The position numbers and the translations under genes are program-made. From Raillietiella orientalis (taxonomy: Eukaryota): 64,000 nt of DNA. The notes beneath the pieces are model-generated. The model was not told the origin of the DNA and did not search any database. It saw nothing but the letters and a program-made list of their open reading frames with translations. The stretch is taken from positions 372,001 to 436,000 of the forward strand of contig JAYWIR010000026.1 in the NCBI GenBank assembly GCA_036172245.1, read 5' to 3'. Position 1 is the stretch's first letter. Every line of letters starts with the position of its first letter. This document shows positions 39,700 through 52,927 of this stretch, in pieces.

Positions 39700-40290
39700 G
39701 AAATCCTTTTTTTCTGTCTTCTCAGTTCTTCGACACGGTTCCACACCACCCAAGGGTGGGTAATTCTTCAAGATACCCCTATCTTGAAGGGTACCCCGGG
39801 AAAGACCCGCCCTATGGATCCAGGAAGGGCTCAGATTCCGTTCCTCTCACGTCGGGGAAGGGATCCCCCTGGAAAGGGGGGTGGGATCAGACCTCCACCT
39901 TGGTTGTCTCCGAGGGGGAACCCTGAAGGTAATCTCCTTCCTCATTCTCTCCGGAGGACCCCGAGAGGGTCCGCTCCATTCTTTCTTCTCTGAAGGAAAC
40001 CCAGAAAGGATCCACTCCTGTTTTTACTCCTCTGAAGAGAACCCAGAAGGAACGTTTCCAAAGTTCAGAAGGACGCAGCTTCCCCGAAAGGATCGGCTCT
40101 CCTCTCTGCACTCCCTGGAGAGGTAGTGGTGACACACGTACTCCATCAGTCCGACGCGGAGGCCCCCCCCCGGAATGGGGTCCACTCCTTCACAGTCGAG
40201 GGGAGGAAACTCCCTACTCCTTGATTCCTGGAAGGACCCGGAGGTCGACTCCCATTTGTCCCAGCCCTCATCGGGGACATCCAGTTTGAA
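39700..40290 (+). repeat. Dispersed repeat family A, copy 4
   Basis: CCACACCACCCAAGGGTGGGTA, GGATCCAGGAAGGGCTC and CCTTGGTTGTCTCCGAGGGGGAACCCT, collinear with copy 2. Confidence 0.7.
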
Positions 40291-43079
40291 CTGCTACCAG
40301 TGCCGCACCCGGATGAATGTAAGCCAGCCAGCATCACCTTGTGGGGTGAACTCGGGACCCACGACGCACTGCGTCGATTCCTTCGGAGTATTCGAACGCA
40401 CGACGCATGGTGCCACCCGAGGAGACCACCGTAACTACACGACCTCCGACGCGGGCACGACGTCTTCGGCCACTTTCGACGGCGGCATACAGGTCTCGTA
40501 GACCTGCGTCGCCGTGGCGGAGGTGGGCTGCTGCCGGAAACGCAGCGGTCAGCTCTGACCGTATCGTCAGCTGCCCTTGCAGCCTCTTCAGCACCTCCGT
40601 GCTGAAGAGTCGGCTTGAAGAGTCGCAGCAGCAGGTCCTAGGGTTGCACCTCGTAGCCGGACGTCTCCTTGGCCCGGCCTCCGTCTCCAGCCTCCTCCTT
40701 TTGGTGCGTCTCCCTGGCGGCTGGCCGCTCATCCAGGAAGTGGTCCGGCGCTTCCTCGCGGCCAGAAGACGTTCTGGCTGCGGGCGCCATGAAGGGGCTG
40801 CAGCCGCACAGCAGGGTCGCTGCTGTCACCAGCGTCAGCGAGAAGGGCCGCGGGCTGGGAAGTACGCCGATTAGCACAAGGTCCTTTCTCCCCCCTTGAC
40901 CCCACTTTCATCCCACGGAGGAGGAATCGCGAGGAAGAGGTCATCTCGTCACTGGAAGCGGCTCAACTAGGCCACTGGTACATACGTCCGCCACGCGGGG
41001 TCACGCGCAGCGAGTGAAGGAGTGACGTGTGCATGCCCGTGACCTGACCGGGCTACCCTAGCCGTTGGGCGGAAAAATAGGGAAGGGAGCTGGGAGGCGA
41101 ATGGGAAGGCAAACAAGTGGATCGTCGGTGCCCATGGCGCTCTTCGGCGGGGTGGTGTCGAAGGCAAACGGCACTCGTCGATGTCCGCCCACGATCTTCC
41201 GAGGGCTCCTGAATGCCACGCCCTCTGCGCGCAGGAGAGGTCGGTTGCCAATGGGTACCCGGGATACAGACCCGACGGCGTGGCAACCGCCGCGGATGGC
41301 CTGTGCGCAGAGGAGGCTCTCCAGGATGACCGTTACCCCCACGGCGAAGACCGCCCGCCCAGAAGGGGTTGACCCGTTCAAACGCGTGTCCCGGCGGGAG
41401 GCGTCGCGCCGCGTGCGAAGGTAAGCGCTCGGCAGGGCTGGCACCATCCCACGGTGGGCGCGCGCCTCCTCCGGGAGCCCACGATCGCGTGAGCTGATAT
41501 GATCCCGGGCGGAGTGTTCCGCACCGCGGGATGCCCCCTAGGGAGAGAGGCTGCGAACCACTTCCGTGTCCTGCGATACTCAACGCGCGAAGACGGCGCG
41601 GGGGAAGCGGCGTGTGGGAACGTGCTGGCGATCCCTCGAGGGCGGGAGGCAAATCGTCCGAAGCCGCCCCCGAGGGCAGCCGAGCTCGGCGGCCCCCGGA
41701 GATGGCGTGAGGGGTACGCCCGAGAAAGGGTCGCCGTGGGGGAAGGCAATCAGAGGCAGGGAGGAAGAATGCGCCTTTGTCGGCGGAACCTCTGCGCCTC
41801 AAAGCGGACCCCTGCGTGGCGCGGACCGCCCTCGGCGGATCGGTGGCGCACGTGGACGACCGGAGGGCGGTCGCCACGCGGCAAATGAGGGGGCGGCCTT
41901 TTTGACCCGACACCGCCGACGCCTTATTAAGGCCTCGAGCGCCGCGCGCGCACGCTGCGCGGCCATTGTTCCGGCGCGCATTGGTCCCCCGTAGCAGCAA
42001 GGATCGATCATCCAAGATCCCCCGGGGGACCTCTTCCTCCTCCTTTTCACTCCCGAGACGGCGCGGCCGCGTATCCTTGGCAACACCCCGAGGCAACCGG
42101 CAGGATCCACGGGCCGCTCCGGACATTGCCAAGGAACCGTGGAACTTTCGAGACGCAGCCGTTGCCTTGGTGGGGGGGGGTTCTCCACCGCGAGAACTTA
42201 GAGAGCCCCGCCGTCGCGTCCAGAGGGCGAACCGTGGAATCCATGTCCTCGGGGACACTGAGGACCCGACCTCTGGAAGAGGAGACGAAACCCCCGGTCG
42301 CGTCGGCGGGAGTCCTGGACGGCTTGCGGGTCTCTCGTGCGCAAGCGCGAACCGGAGCACCTCGGGCGTGCTCGCCCGGTTTTTCCCTCGGGTAACGTGG
42401 ACAGCCGGAGGGAACGACCGAGCCACTTGCAGGTTCGACCCCCCCCCGCCTGGAGCAGAGCCCCCGAGGTTCCTGCCGCACGCGCCAGAGACGTCACCAG
42501 TCGGGAGGTCAGGTTGCAGGTGGAGCGCGAGGGCTCCCCCATCACCATCGCTCGTGCCCGCGGCTCGCTGCCGCTCGGAGGCAGGTCAACCTGGCGTCAG
42601 CCCTGCCGCGGCTGGGACGCGCAAAGAGCCAGCGATCCTGGAGCTCGGGTCACGTGCCTTCCCCTTGAGCCTTCAGCACCGCCGCGCTCCGCATAGCAAT
42701 CATCGCCATGGAGTCCCAAACACCCAGCCGTCCGACCCCCTCCTGCAACCACTGCGGCTGCGCGCTTCTTTCGGGAAGGGGAAAAACGAATGTGAGCTCA
42801 AGCCAGAAACCGCGGTTCAAATTCGGAATTTTTGACGGCCAGTGTCGAAGATTACGAATCCGGAATTCTGGATGACGAATGTCGAGGGTCTCCGATCGGG
42901 GGTATTCAGAAATCGAATCATAGTCATAGCAGCGCCTGAAGCAGTAGGATTTTCAATCCTTGGGAGGAGGATGAAGGCTTGCCAGAGCACACGCGCCGGC
43001 TCTTTCGCGTGGACAGGGGCTCAAGCGGTGGTGTCGAACCAACAGCCCCTCCCGTCTGTGTGTCTGGACCGAGTCACAA

Positions 43080-44365
43080 ACACGTGTTCTCATCTCGCGG
43101 AGGGAGGCCACGAATATGGGAGGACGGAAAGGGGCGCTCTATGGGAAGACGTCACTTGTAGGCACCGCCCGCGAGTGAAGATGCGCCCAGCGTGCTTCCT
43201 TACGAAGCTCTTAACGGCAGGCGGAAGACCAAAAGTGGAAAATGGATGGAGGAGGTGGCTGAGGGCCCGTGAAGAAGGAGGTTGCTCCAGCGGCAAGTGT
43301 GGCAACGTTCTGGGGGAATCCTCCGGCAATCGCTGCACCGTTCTGGAACCTGTGGCCGGGACACTCCCAAGGGAAAGAGCATAGGAGAACACGTTACAGT
43401 GGACTGCCACAGAAACGAAGGAGGTTCCTTCCTGCTTGCAAAAGCTGCAGGGCAGTACTGCGGAGGAGGAGCGTCTTCTCGAAGGCGCTGCTCCATCGAG
43501 GATCCTGGAAGACAGAAGCCTCTTCGTTGCAGCGTCTTCAATGGGGAGTCCGAGAGAATCAGACGCTCACTCCAAAGGATCAAACGGGAAGCTGGACGTG
43601 AGTCTCCAATCAGAGAGTGGAGACCTGGGCATCAGAAGAACCACCAAAACGGAGAAGACACGAATAATTTCTTGAACGGAACAATCGGGGAGAAGGCGCG
43701 CCTTGATCGCAGCGCCCAGAGTGGATTTGGGAAGACGAGGCTTGCGAAGGATCCCCGCGTGAACCGGGTGTCAGTAGAAAGTCTGATAATGTTTAGAATT
43801 TGGTGGGGTTGAGGAATTTCTCGCTGCCCACAAGATGTCCACTTTCGGGGAGGAGTTCGCGTGGCGATGCTCGCGACTCCATCTCTTGACGGTCTCTCAA
43901 AGCGTGGGCTTCGTCCGCGCTAACACACTGCACGTGATCGACTTGATACGCATTCTCGGCACGCGTCCCCGCATTGAGCGCACGCGCGCCACGCCTCAAA
44001 CTGTGTCCTTTCGACCAGCGGAAAACCGAGTCCGCCATTTGTGTTAGACGGTCGATGTGCCCGGCGACTCGGCACTGCGACCCACGAGAGCGGCGATCCA
44101 CCGGTTGGAGTGGTCAGTCTGTGACCCTCTGGGAGGAGTCGGAGAGTTCATCGTTAAGCCAAAGCAGCTCGAGAACAAGGAGCATCTACTGAAGCCGGGC
44201 AATGACTCTGCTAGCCCTTCTGCTGCAAAATGGTTGCGGGCAGACCCTAGCAGCCAAGTCAGGCAGGTGGTTCAGTGTTCATCTGAGTGGATTCCTGCAT
44301 CCGACTAGCACATGGGAGCCCAAGAAAAATGGAGGAGATGGTCCATACAGCAGTTCAGAGTGTTT
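43080..44365 (+). mobile_element. Possible heavily decayed retroviral-type integrase plus chromodomain (Gypsy/Ginger/Polinton-like fossil)
   Basis: Ordered motif remnants across frames: CSHLAEGGHEYGR (~43085), IGEHVTVDC (~43381), APSRILEDRS (~43490), HSKGSNGKLD (~43568), then GRWFSVHLSGFLHPTSTWEPKKN (~44260-44330). Motif spacing is compressed and frames are broken. Confidence 0.35.
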
Positions 44366-47300
44366 GGAGAGAGGAACGAGCGACGGTGTCCAAGCATCAG
44401 CAGATGCGTGTTGAGACATTCTTGAGACGATGTCGTGTTGGGACGAAAAGGTAATTATCGCAGCCTTCTGGACCACGGAAGGCTGCGGCATTCTGGATTC
44501 GCGATTCTGGACCGAGGGATGCTCATTTGGAAGACAGTGGACCCTTGGTCCTCAGCGATGGGGGAAACCCAGGAAGAGACCTTTCCATAGGGCCAAGTTT
44601 CTGGGCTCTCCGCTCTAAGGTTCAATGTAGCAGGAAGAATGCTTCCCTGATTTCCTGGTGCCTGTAACTGTTGAAATTCACTAACATGGAAGTTTCGCTC
44701 ATTCTTAAAAAGAGCATTTCCAGCATCTTGAATAATCGGCTGCAGCATACTGGAGATGTCTGCCTTACCAACAGAGCAGAAGGAACGCAAAAGAGATCTC
44801 TCTCAAGTGCGACGCTCCTTGCAATTCAGACCCATCTCTCGAAACGTTCCTTAGAGTTTCGAAATCCACTTCAGCTGCCTTGCTCGGGAACAAGAGCAAG
44901 GGAGTGCTTGCAGTGTGTGGTCACGTGTCTTCTCATTTTGGTTGTAGGCCATTTTGAAATCCGTCCCTCTTCCGTGTGTTCGCAGGCACGCAGCGCGTAG
45001 TACCTCATTGCTCATTGGTATTTGGGGACCCTCGCCCTAAGAACGTTGAGGATTCTTCGCGACGCTCGCGTACCTCGCGACTTCATTCGGTGTTTCGCAC
45101 CTCCTGGCGGCGAGGACCAGCAGCCTCCCGTTCTGAAGCCAACCGGTTGCAAATCCCGAGAGAGGATTGAGAAGCAGGTTTGGCCAAATCCGCCCAGGTT
45201 CGTTTCTATGGGTGACGACCGTTGCCAAGCGCATTGGACCATCCGAAACGTGCGTCTCCTGGCCTGGGAGCCAGGAGACGCACGGCCTTTGAACCCCGGT
45301 GACCAGAAATCGTGTACCATAACGACGGCAATAAGTATCGATGCGTATTTATGGTATAGCGACGAACACTGGAGGAGACCATTCCCATTCGATGGCGCAC
45401 CTGCCTTCGACTTCGCGGATGAGAAGGATTCGTCTGGATTATGAGTGAAGGGCGGAATTGGATGGAAGAGGGGGAGAGCTGGACAGGAACGCACCTATTC
45501 GAATGAGCAGAGGAGGTCCTCGCATTCCCGAGAGCGCACTCCGATGAAGAGAGTCGAAGAGGACGTGCCGCTGAATTCACGTACCCCCTCATGCCACCGC
45601 CACCTCCGGCACTTGAATCAGGGACTTTCGCTCCACAGCCACCCGAAGAAGGCTCACCTTCTTTCGCGTCAGTACTCAATCGTGTGTTGTGCACACGTTG
45701 TGTACCTCTTGTGTCGATTGTGCACGTCTGCTACACCGAATGATTCTGCATCGAATGACGGAAGGTCCACGCTCTTCTCCAATACGATCTGCATCATTCG
45801 ATGAGGGTCCACATTAGAGATGCGTTCTTGAGTTGTCACGAGACCATCACTTCTGACAGCATCCATTAAAAGCGGCATTGGACCGTCCCCTGCTGTGCTT
45901 CAGCGCTCGGAACCTGTGGGACATCTCTGTCCAGTGCAAGCGAGGTATCATAGCGATAGTCCACAGAAGTGCTACCCGATTCGTGAGCAGTTATACTGCT
46001 GCCCAGCGGGCCTCTCTGTTGTCGTGAATGCACGGTGCGTTTTTAGGAACGTTCCCTGACCGGCAAATGACCGAGAAACTCAGCCCAAGAGGGAAGTGGA
46101 GGCCACAGGATGGAGAAGATGCGCGTACCAAGACCTCCCACCACACGAGATGTGGACGGAGGACATCTGCGCTTGCGACCTCTCATCTGCTGTTCGCTCG
46201 ACAGCACCCGCATTCGCCGAAACGATGCGCCGAGCCGCCGCAGCATCTTCATCCACCGGCAGCGGACGGTGGCGAGTGGGCGGGAAGGCACGGAGGAATG
46301 GCGCGAACGCAAGCGCTGCCGCTTTTCAACGCGCGCCACCATCCCAATGAGTGGACGGGAAACCCCCTGATGGCCTGCTCCGTCCACGTTCCTTTCGACG
46401 AGGAAACCTTCTCGCCGCCTCGGCTGCTCGGGAATGACCTCTCCTCCAGCATCTTCGGACGTCTCGTGGAACGCCGCCTTGGACCATCCGCAAGTCTTCT
46501 TTCTCTTCTCTGCCGCTGCCTGTTGGCTGACAGCGGGAAGTGCATCTTCCCAGAGATGAATGAACTACGAAGATGCGAGCAGAAAATCCGCGGTGGTTTT
46601 GTTGCCTCCTGAGAAGGCGAGAAGCGGGCGTAGGAAGGGCGTGTTTCCTTTTTGTCAAAAAGGTCAGGTTGGATGAAGCGAGAGGCAGCCAGTTACCAAC
46701 GAAGACCTCCCCATTTTCGAAGACAGCTGACGACGTGTAAAGAGCCGACGAGGAGTGATCGAGTCGATGCGGAGGCGAATCCAAGGACTGCCTTGTGGGA
46801 CGTTGGGTGCTGTGCAAAAGGTTAACTGAGACATGGGGTCCACGCCAAGAGGTATTCCACGTTCAATGACTCTGTGAGCATATTTGGTCCTGTCCAATAG
46901 TCGTTCACATTTGCTCTTGTCCAAACGGTTCATGACCACATTTGGTGAATGGTTTATAAATAATACGAATTCTAATTCAATTTTGTAAGATTTTATTCAC
47001 GTCGTTCTTATAGTTCATAATGACTTTCGGATTTCCCTCTCTTCTTATTCTTCGTCATCAAGTCGAGCAGTGTTACTCTTAAGTCAATGAATGCACAGTG
47101 CGGTCGAAAAGTATTTGGGCTCAGATCGTTCGAACTTCGGAAAAGCGCAATATTTTTTTTTAATATTTTATTCATCCCAAATGGGATCCATGTGGCTCCG
47201 AGCCTGGCGCGGGATCCCAACTTCCTCATGGCACCGGCGTAGTGCTTTCCCTCCGTAGGAATCTCCTTCAAATGAGGTTGTCTGGATGTCGCTGATGAGT

Positions 47301-50300
47301 CTCTCTCAGCTGCCGTTCCGTTGGGTGAAAAACGGTCGGGAGGAAGACAATCCGGGGAGTACAGGTGGGGCGGTCCGACGTCGAGATGCGTCTTCGCTCC
47401 AGGAACTCTCCCGTCTCCTTGCTCGGGAGACAGGAAGCGCGGCGACGAACCGCGCACGCGGTTTCCGGTGAGCCCGAAAGTGTCCACCGCTCTTCGAGTC
47501 ACCTCACCGGCGGCGACGTGAGCTTTGGGTTATCGTGGCCACCGGACAACCTCTGCGTTCGTCGTCGCCGACCGACCGCCTTCCGTCTCGAAACCGCCGA
47601 AGAACGCTTTCACCATTCGCGGCTGTGTTCCCGTAGGGTCTTTTGAACCGGTGACGCTGCATCCCAAGGCGACCTGCCGTCACCACCTTCCTCCACGTCC
47701 GCCTCGAAAATTTCGCCAGAGGGCGAAACCCCAAAGCTGCTCAGAGCGCCTCCTCTCCGCAACAGCGAGCACGCAGTCACGCCGACCGTTCTGAGTACCA
47801 TCCAAGGAAGGTACATGGTGCAGGGTCCCCGCTGCCCGCCGGTACACGGCGTGACCACTGCGGCCTCGGAAGATTCAATTCTGCAACTTATGGACCGGGC
47901 TGCATACATCGCCCTGGTCATTCGCTTTCTATTCGTTAGCAGCCTCGGTCATACTTGACCAAATGCCTAATGGCGTATTCGAGCGCACGCATCCCGAAAT
48001 CTCAGCTTCCAGTTGTCGTCACTCCACCTTCGTCTTTTCCACCGTGGTGGGAGTTTCCCTTGGCACGCTCAGTTCATGCAAAGCCCTCTCCTCTCTTCTG
48101 CGACGCTCGAAACCCGGCCTTCCAGCCAGCTCCACGTGCCTCTGGCAGCTAGGCTGTCGACGCAAGAAGGGCTACCGTTGGTAGCGTAGCAACGGCACGA
48201 TTAGTGGACTTGAAGAACACGGCCATGCTGCATATGTGCCTCAGTGGATCTCTTACGGGACCACGTTTCAAGCGCCTTCCGGTGAGGGCCATGGTCCTTT
48301 CAGTTGACCACCCGGTACCGAATATCCACTAATGAAAGAGTGTGCTGAGGGAGGCGGTTCTGTCTCGACACGGCGAGATCTGACGGAGCGCTGCATTTTT
48401 TCTCAGGTTGGCAGATGCACGTCCAGTGCCACCCACTGTGGCGCCGATATGGGGTTCTCCGTTTTGGCTTTCTCAGCTCGGCCGGCCAGCTGCAGCGCCC
48501 CTCTGGCGGGGGATTGCCGAAGCCACCGGGAGGCGGTCGGTGGAGGAAGGCCAATCCAACGCGCTGCAGGCGGCTTCCAGGAAGTCGCGGACTGCGCGCG
48601 CACGCGCCGGGAACACGTCGGACGGTGGGACTTGCACTGCCAGCTGCAGGATCGACGGGAACAGCGTGGGGTCGCTTGTAGGTCCGCCGGGGAGGCAGAG
48701 CGCAAAGTGGGATAAGGGGGGAGGGGTGAGGGCTTTCCGCATCTTCTCTGTCGAATCGCCGTCCTTCCTGAAGCCTTGGATTTCTTTCGGATCCCCGCCG
48801 TGCGACCCGGGCAACTCTGCCGGTTTGCACACCGAAAGCGGAGGTTCGCCACGCGCCGAAGAGCTTCCGTGCGCGTTTCCGTGGCCACGGCGGAAGCCGC
48901 GGCGCATCCCGCGACGGGAGGAACTGGTGGCGTGGCCGTGGTGTGCCTCTCATTCAGAGGGATGGCGCCAGCTCCTGCAGGGACGAAGACCGGTGCTCCG
49001 GATGGATCCGCCGATGGGCGCTCTTGGGACGCGCTGCACGTCCTGGGGACGAGGCGCTTTCTTGGCGCAACGTCCCCCGAGCCGGTTTCGTGGCAACAGA
49101 GAGGGGCGACCGTGCGACGACGTGGCAACGGTGCGGTGGCGTCGCATCCCTCTCCACGTGCGCCATCGGCTGCACGCGCCACCGAAGCGGACGGCCTTCC
49201 CGCCGGTCTACTGGAAGAGACTGCGGATGCTCAGTCGGAAGCTCCCATCAGATGGAGAAAGAGGACGCTATCTCCCACCCGGGGCGTCCCTCCCAGCACG
49301 ACCCTTCGAGTGCCTTCCCTCGTTCGCGGCCGCGGCGGAGCTCTGGGAGGGGTCGACAGGCGTCCGATAGGGCGTCCCTACTGCTTCGGATGTTGGCCTG
49401 CTCGTCGAACCGGGAAGAAGCTCCGGCGACGGGTTGAGATCGTCCGGACAACCTGGGGACCCCGGAAGGCCCCTCGGAAGCAGAGGATCGGTAACGCCGT
49501 TCGGCAACCATGGCAGCAGCAAAGAGAACGGCGGGTGGTGTCCGGTCGTCGTCTTGGCAACTGCTAGAAGGCGATGAGAAGGTCACAAGAGCTGTAGGAG
49601 ACGGCAGCGGCGCCTGAGACCGTCCGTGGCCACGTCGGCAGCTGAACAACCAGAAGACGAGAGGCGCGTCGCCAGGGCAGTGGTACGCCCCCTGGGTTCC
49701 TCACAACCGCCGACGCTTTGTTTCCGGGGTCACGAGGGGACCTCTGGGGAGAAATCATGGCACTCCGGTAAGGACGTCGAAGCCCCCAAGTAGTCGCTAT
49801 CGGTCTCCCAGGGAAACGCCCTGTCCTCCGGGCGTACGGCGTGGTGGCCGCTTTGCGCCGCGCTCGTGGAGAGGCGCATCCTCCTAATCCTCCAGGGTGG
49901 CCTCGTCTCCCACGTGGCGCTCCCAGGTCGCAGAGCCCGCGGGTGGTCAGGCTGAACGCAAGCTGAGAGGTCGACGCACGGGAGTAGCTCTGCCACGTCC
50001 ACTCGGCGCCACTCGCGGCGGACGGCGCGCGCCGGGTGGCGCCGCCCTCAACCGGCCTCAGCGCTCCGGGAGATGGGCATTCTGCGAACACCTTCCCCAG
50101 AGCGTCAGCAAGAGCCAGGAGCATTGGAAATCGGCGCTGGTTCCCGCGGTCCCTGATGTGCCGCCCACCGTCCGGGCCGTTTATGGCTCCGTCCGGTAGG
50201 TCGGCTGCGACCGAGGCGATGCGCCCTTCTCGGACGGCGGACGTCCATTTGGCCAGAGAGCCGGAGCCGCTCTTTGGGCGTCTCGGGAGGTGCCTGGACA

Positions 50301-52782
50301 GTGCCACTCCCGCCGCGTGCAGCCCTGGCAACGAAGCACCCTAGCTCGAGGCGACCCCAGTGGGCAAGCACCGGGCTTTAGCGGCCGCGCTCCTCTGGGT
50401 CGCGGGCAGCACCTTCGGGTCGCACCCTCGATGACCAGGACGTTGCTCATGGTGGGGGTCACGATGGCCTGGTGACCGGCAGCCTGCAGGTGAGAACCGC
50501 ACCGTTCCAGAAGCAGTTCCGAGCCGCGCCCGCCGCTCCAGGCAGAATGCGGAGCAGTTCGCGCTGGAATTTGCTTGTCCTGACGAGGCATCTTCGTGGT
50601 CTTCGTTGCCCGAGCGCTGAATACGTGCTGCTGGAGTTCCATGGAGCAGTGTGCGGTGCCTGACGCATCTGCGAGCCGGCTGTCGCCCCGGCAGGGCAGC
50701 TTCGGAGGTCCCGGCGAGTGCCCCCTTCGCTCCTCTCCGTGGGCGCAGGAACCACCCCTCCGCGGCGGGATGGCGTCTGCTGGGATGACTCCCTGACCGA
50801 CGGCGGAGAGGACTAGGGGATAGTCATCCCGATCATGAGGGCGAGCCGAGGAGCGTGGGTGGGGCGCGGCGACATACCCTCCCTTCGCCTTGTCCCCGCT
50901 CCGGCAACCATGGCAACCGGCGAGATCGAGTCTGGTTGCGCAGGAACAGCCCCGAAGAGATGCCACAAGATTTCACGCGGCCCGTGCAGAGCGACAACGC
51001 GCTCCGGAAAGGGAGGGGGGGGAGAGGTCACCAGCGCAGGTTGGTGGCTGGCGGTCCGGTGGGGGCATTTTGAAGTGTGGCAGCCGGACAGACGCAGATC
51101 GCGGCGCGGGAGCCTCGCGGGGGAGAGACTGAGGGTTTGGCGTCGAAGAGGCGCCGAAGGGCGCGTTCGCGTTCCCGCCTGAAACTAGCGCGCGAACCCG
51201 GAAGCGCCACCGCGCCGCCCGTGGCTCCCGACCCCACAACGCGCACGCGCGTTCCTTCTCCGGCACGCATCTTGGCTTTCCCGGATCCGCGCACGCGCCC
51301 ACGACGCCCCTCTCCGTTCACCCGTCTACGGATTCCAATCCCACCCTTCCCAGGGCGGGATTGGAATCCGCGACGATAGGGGTCGCAGCCGCACAGCTGC
51401 GGTGCGGTCGAAGAGAAGAGCGACCCGTCCGCGCGGTGGCGGAGCGCGCGCACCGGGCGCACGACGACGCGCATGCGCGTTCCGGTCCCAGGGAGTTGGT
51501 TCTCCTCCCGGTCCTGACAGCGTAGGAGCCGCACACGTGCTGCTCGCAACGCCGCGCGCACGGCGCCCTGCCGCTCGCGGAACCCGTTCCCACGGGGGAC
51601 GTCTCGTTGCCACGAGGCGGCGTCGCAAGGTTACATGATCAGGGTTCATCTGTCTCCGGTGAACTCTCTTAGGGAGGAAATCGGACCCGTCACGCGCTCC
51701 CAAAGTCGTGACCCCTGTGGGAACTGCAGAGCTGCAGCTACCGTTCGTTCGCCGATGGGAGGGGGGAGGGCGATCTCCCCTGAGAAAGGCACGTGAGGGA
51801 GACGATGTTTGGCGGGAAACCGTCCCACCCGTTTGCTTTGCGCTCGCGAGGTTTCGTGTGCTATTAATAGAAGCTGGGGGAGGGCCCGCGCGGGCGTGCT
51901 GCTCGGTCTACGCCCAGCGCCGGCCCCCGGGTGGTTCCTGCGTGGGTCCCCGCGCAAGCCGCTGCGCGGAGACCGACCGACGCGGCCCAACAGCGCGACG
52001 GGTTCGGTCCGCGTGGGACGAGCGTTCGACGGCCCTCTCTCGCTCTGGCTCGTGCGCGTTTCCCTGGGGCTACGGTATCGGCTACCGATCGGCCAGGAGT
52101 CGCTGCCGCCCGCCTGGCATCGCCACCGGCGAGCGAGAGCACCGCTTCCTTTCCTCGAGGGTGCTCCCACCTTGGACGCTGCGAAGACTCGCAGCACTCC
52201 CGAAGTGGAGGAAGAAGGCCGAGAGCGAGGTAGGTGGTGGGTGGGTATGTGCAGCTCCGAGTCCTTCCCGCCAGTCGGCCTCTCTCCCAAGAGGTGGTCG
52301 ACGTCCAGAGCAAGGAAGGCGAAACTCTCGGAGCGCTGCCACAAAAAACCTCGCAGTTTTCTGTCGGGGACGCGGGAAGCCACCAGAAAAAGGTTAAAAG
52401 GCGAAGGACCAAAGCCACAACAACAAAAAAAAAATTCGGGCGCGCTCCCCCCTCGACGGAAGGAACCGACAGTCCGTCCGCTACGGAACCGCAAAGTCTA
52501 TAAATAAACCACTCGATTCCACGAATAAAAGAAATCTTCCAATTTATAGGTAAATCTATCAGATAAAGCACAGTACCCACTCTTTTTCTACTGTTCCTGT
52601 CCGACGGATTCCACGAATGGGAATCGTCTCAGCAGCCCCGGTCGGGACGTCGTGGCTGCTGCTGGGCAGGTGGGGCCGTTGGCCGTGCTGGGGAGACGCG
52701 GAGGTCTTCCCCGATCGAGCCCGGCGGTGGAAGTGGGCGAGGGCCCGACGGCCCGGCGCGTAAAAGGCATATATGAGTATTC

Positions 52783-52851
52783 TTTATTTCTTTTAATGCT
52801 TTCGATGCCTTGCTGTTAGGGAGCACACATATCACAGGAATTTTATCACAT
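52783..52851 (-). promoter_or_regulatory. E(spl) 3' UTR: two K-boxes and poly(A) signal
   Basis: Minus strand ATGTGATA (52851-52844) and perfect CTGTGATA (52837-52830), followed by AATAAA (52788-52783). Confidence 0.85.
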
Positions 52852-52927
52852 GTTGAGATCAGACATGAAGAAAAACATATTCACAATACGCCCGGGTCAA
52901 GTTTTCGGAAGGTCTTTGGGTAGGGTG

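Noticed and set aside
41053..42835. 457-aa and 289-aa ORFs
   Set aside because: Same GC-rich artefact; no motifs or splice logic.
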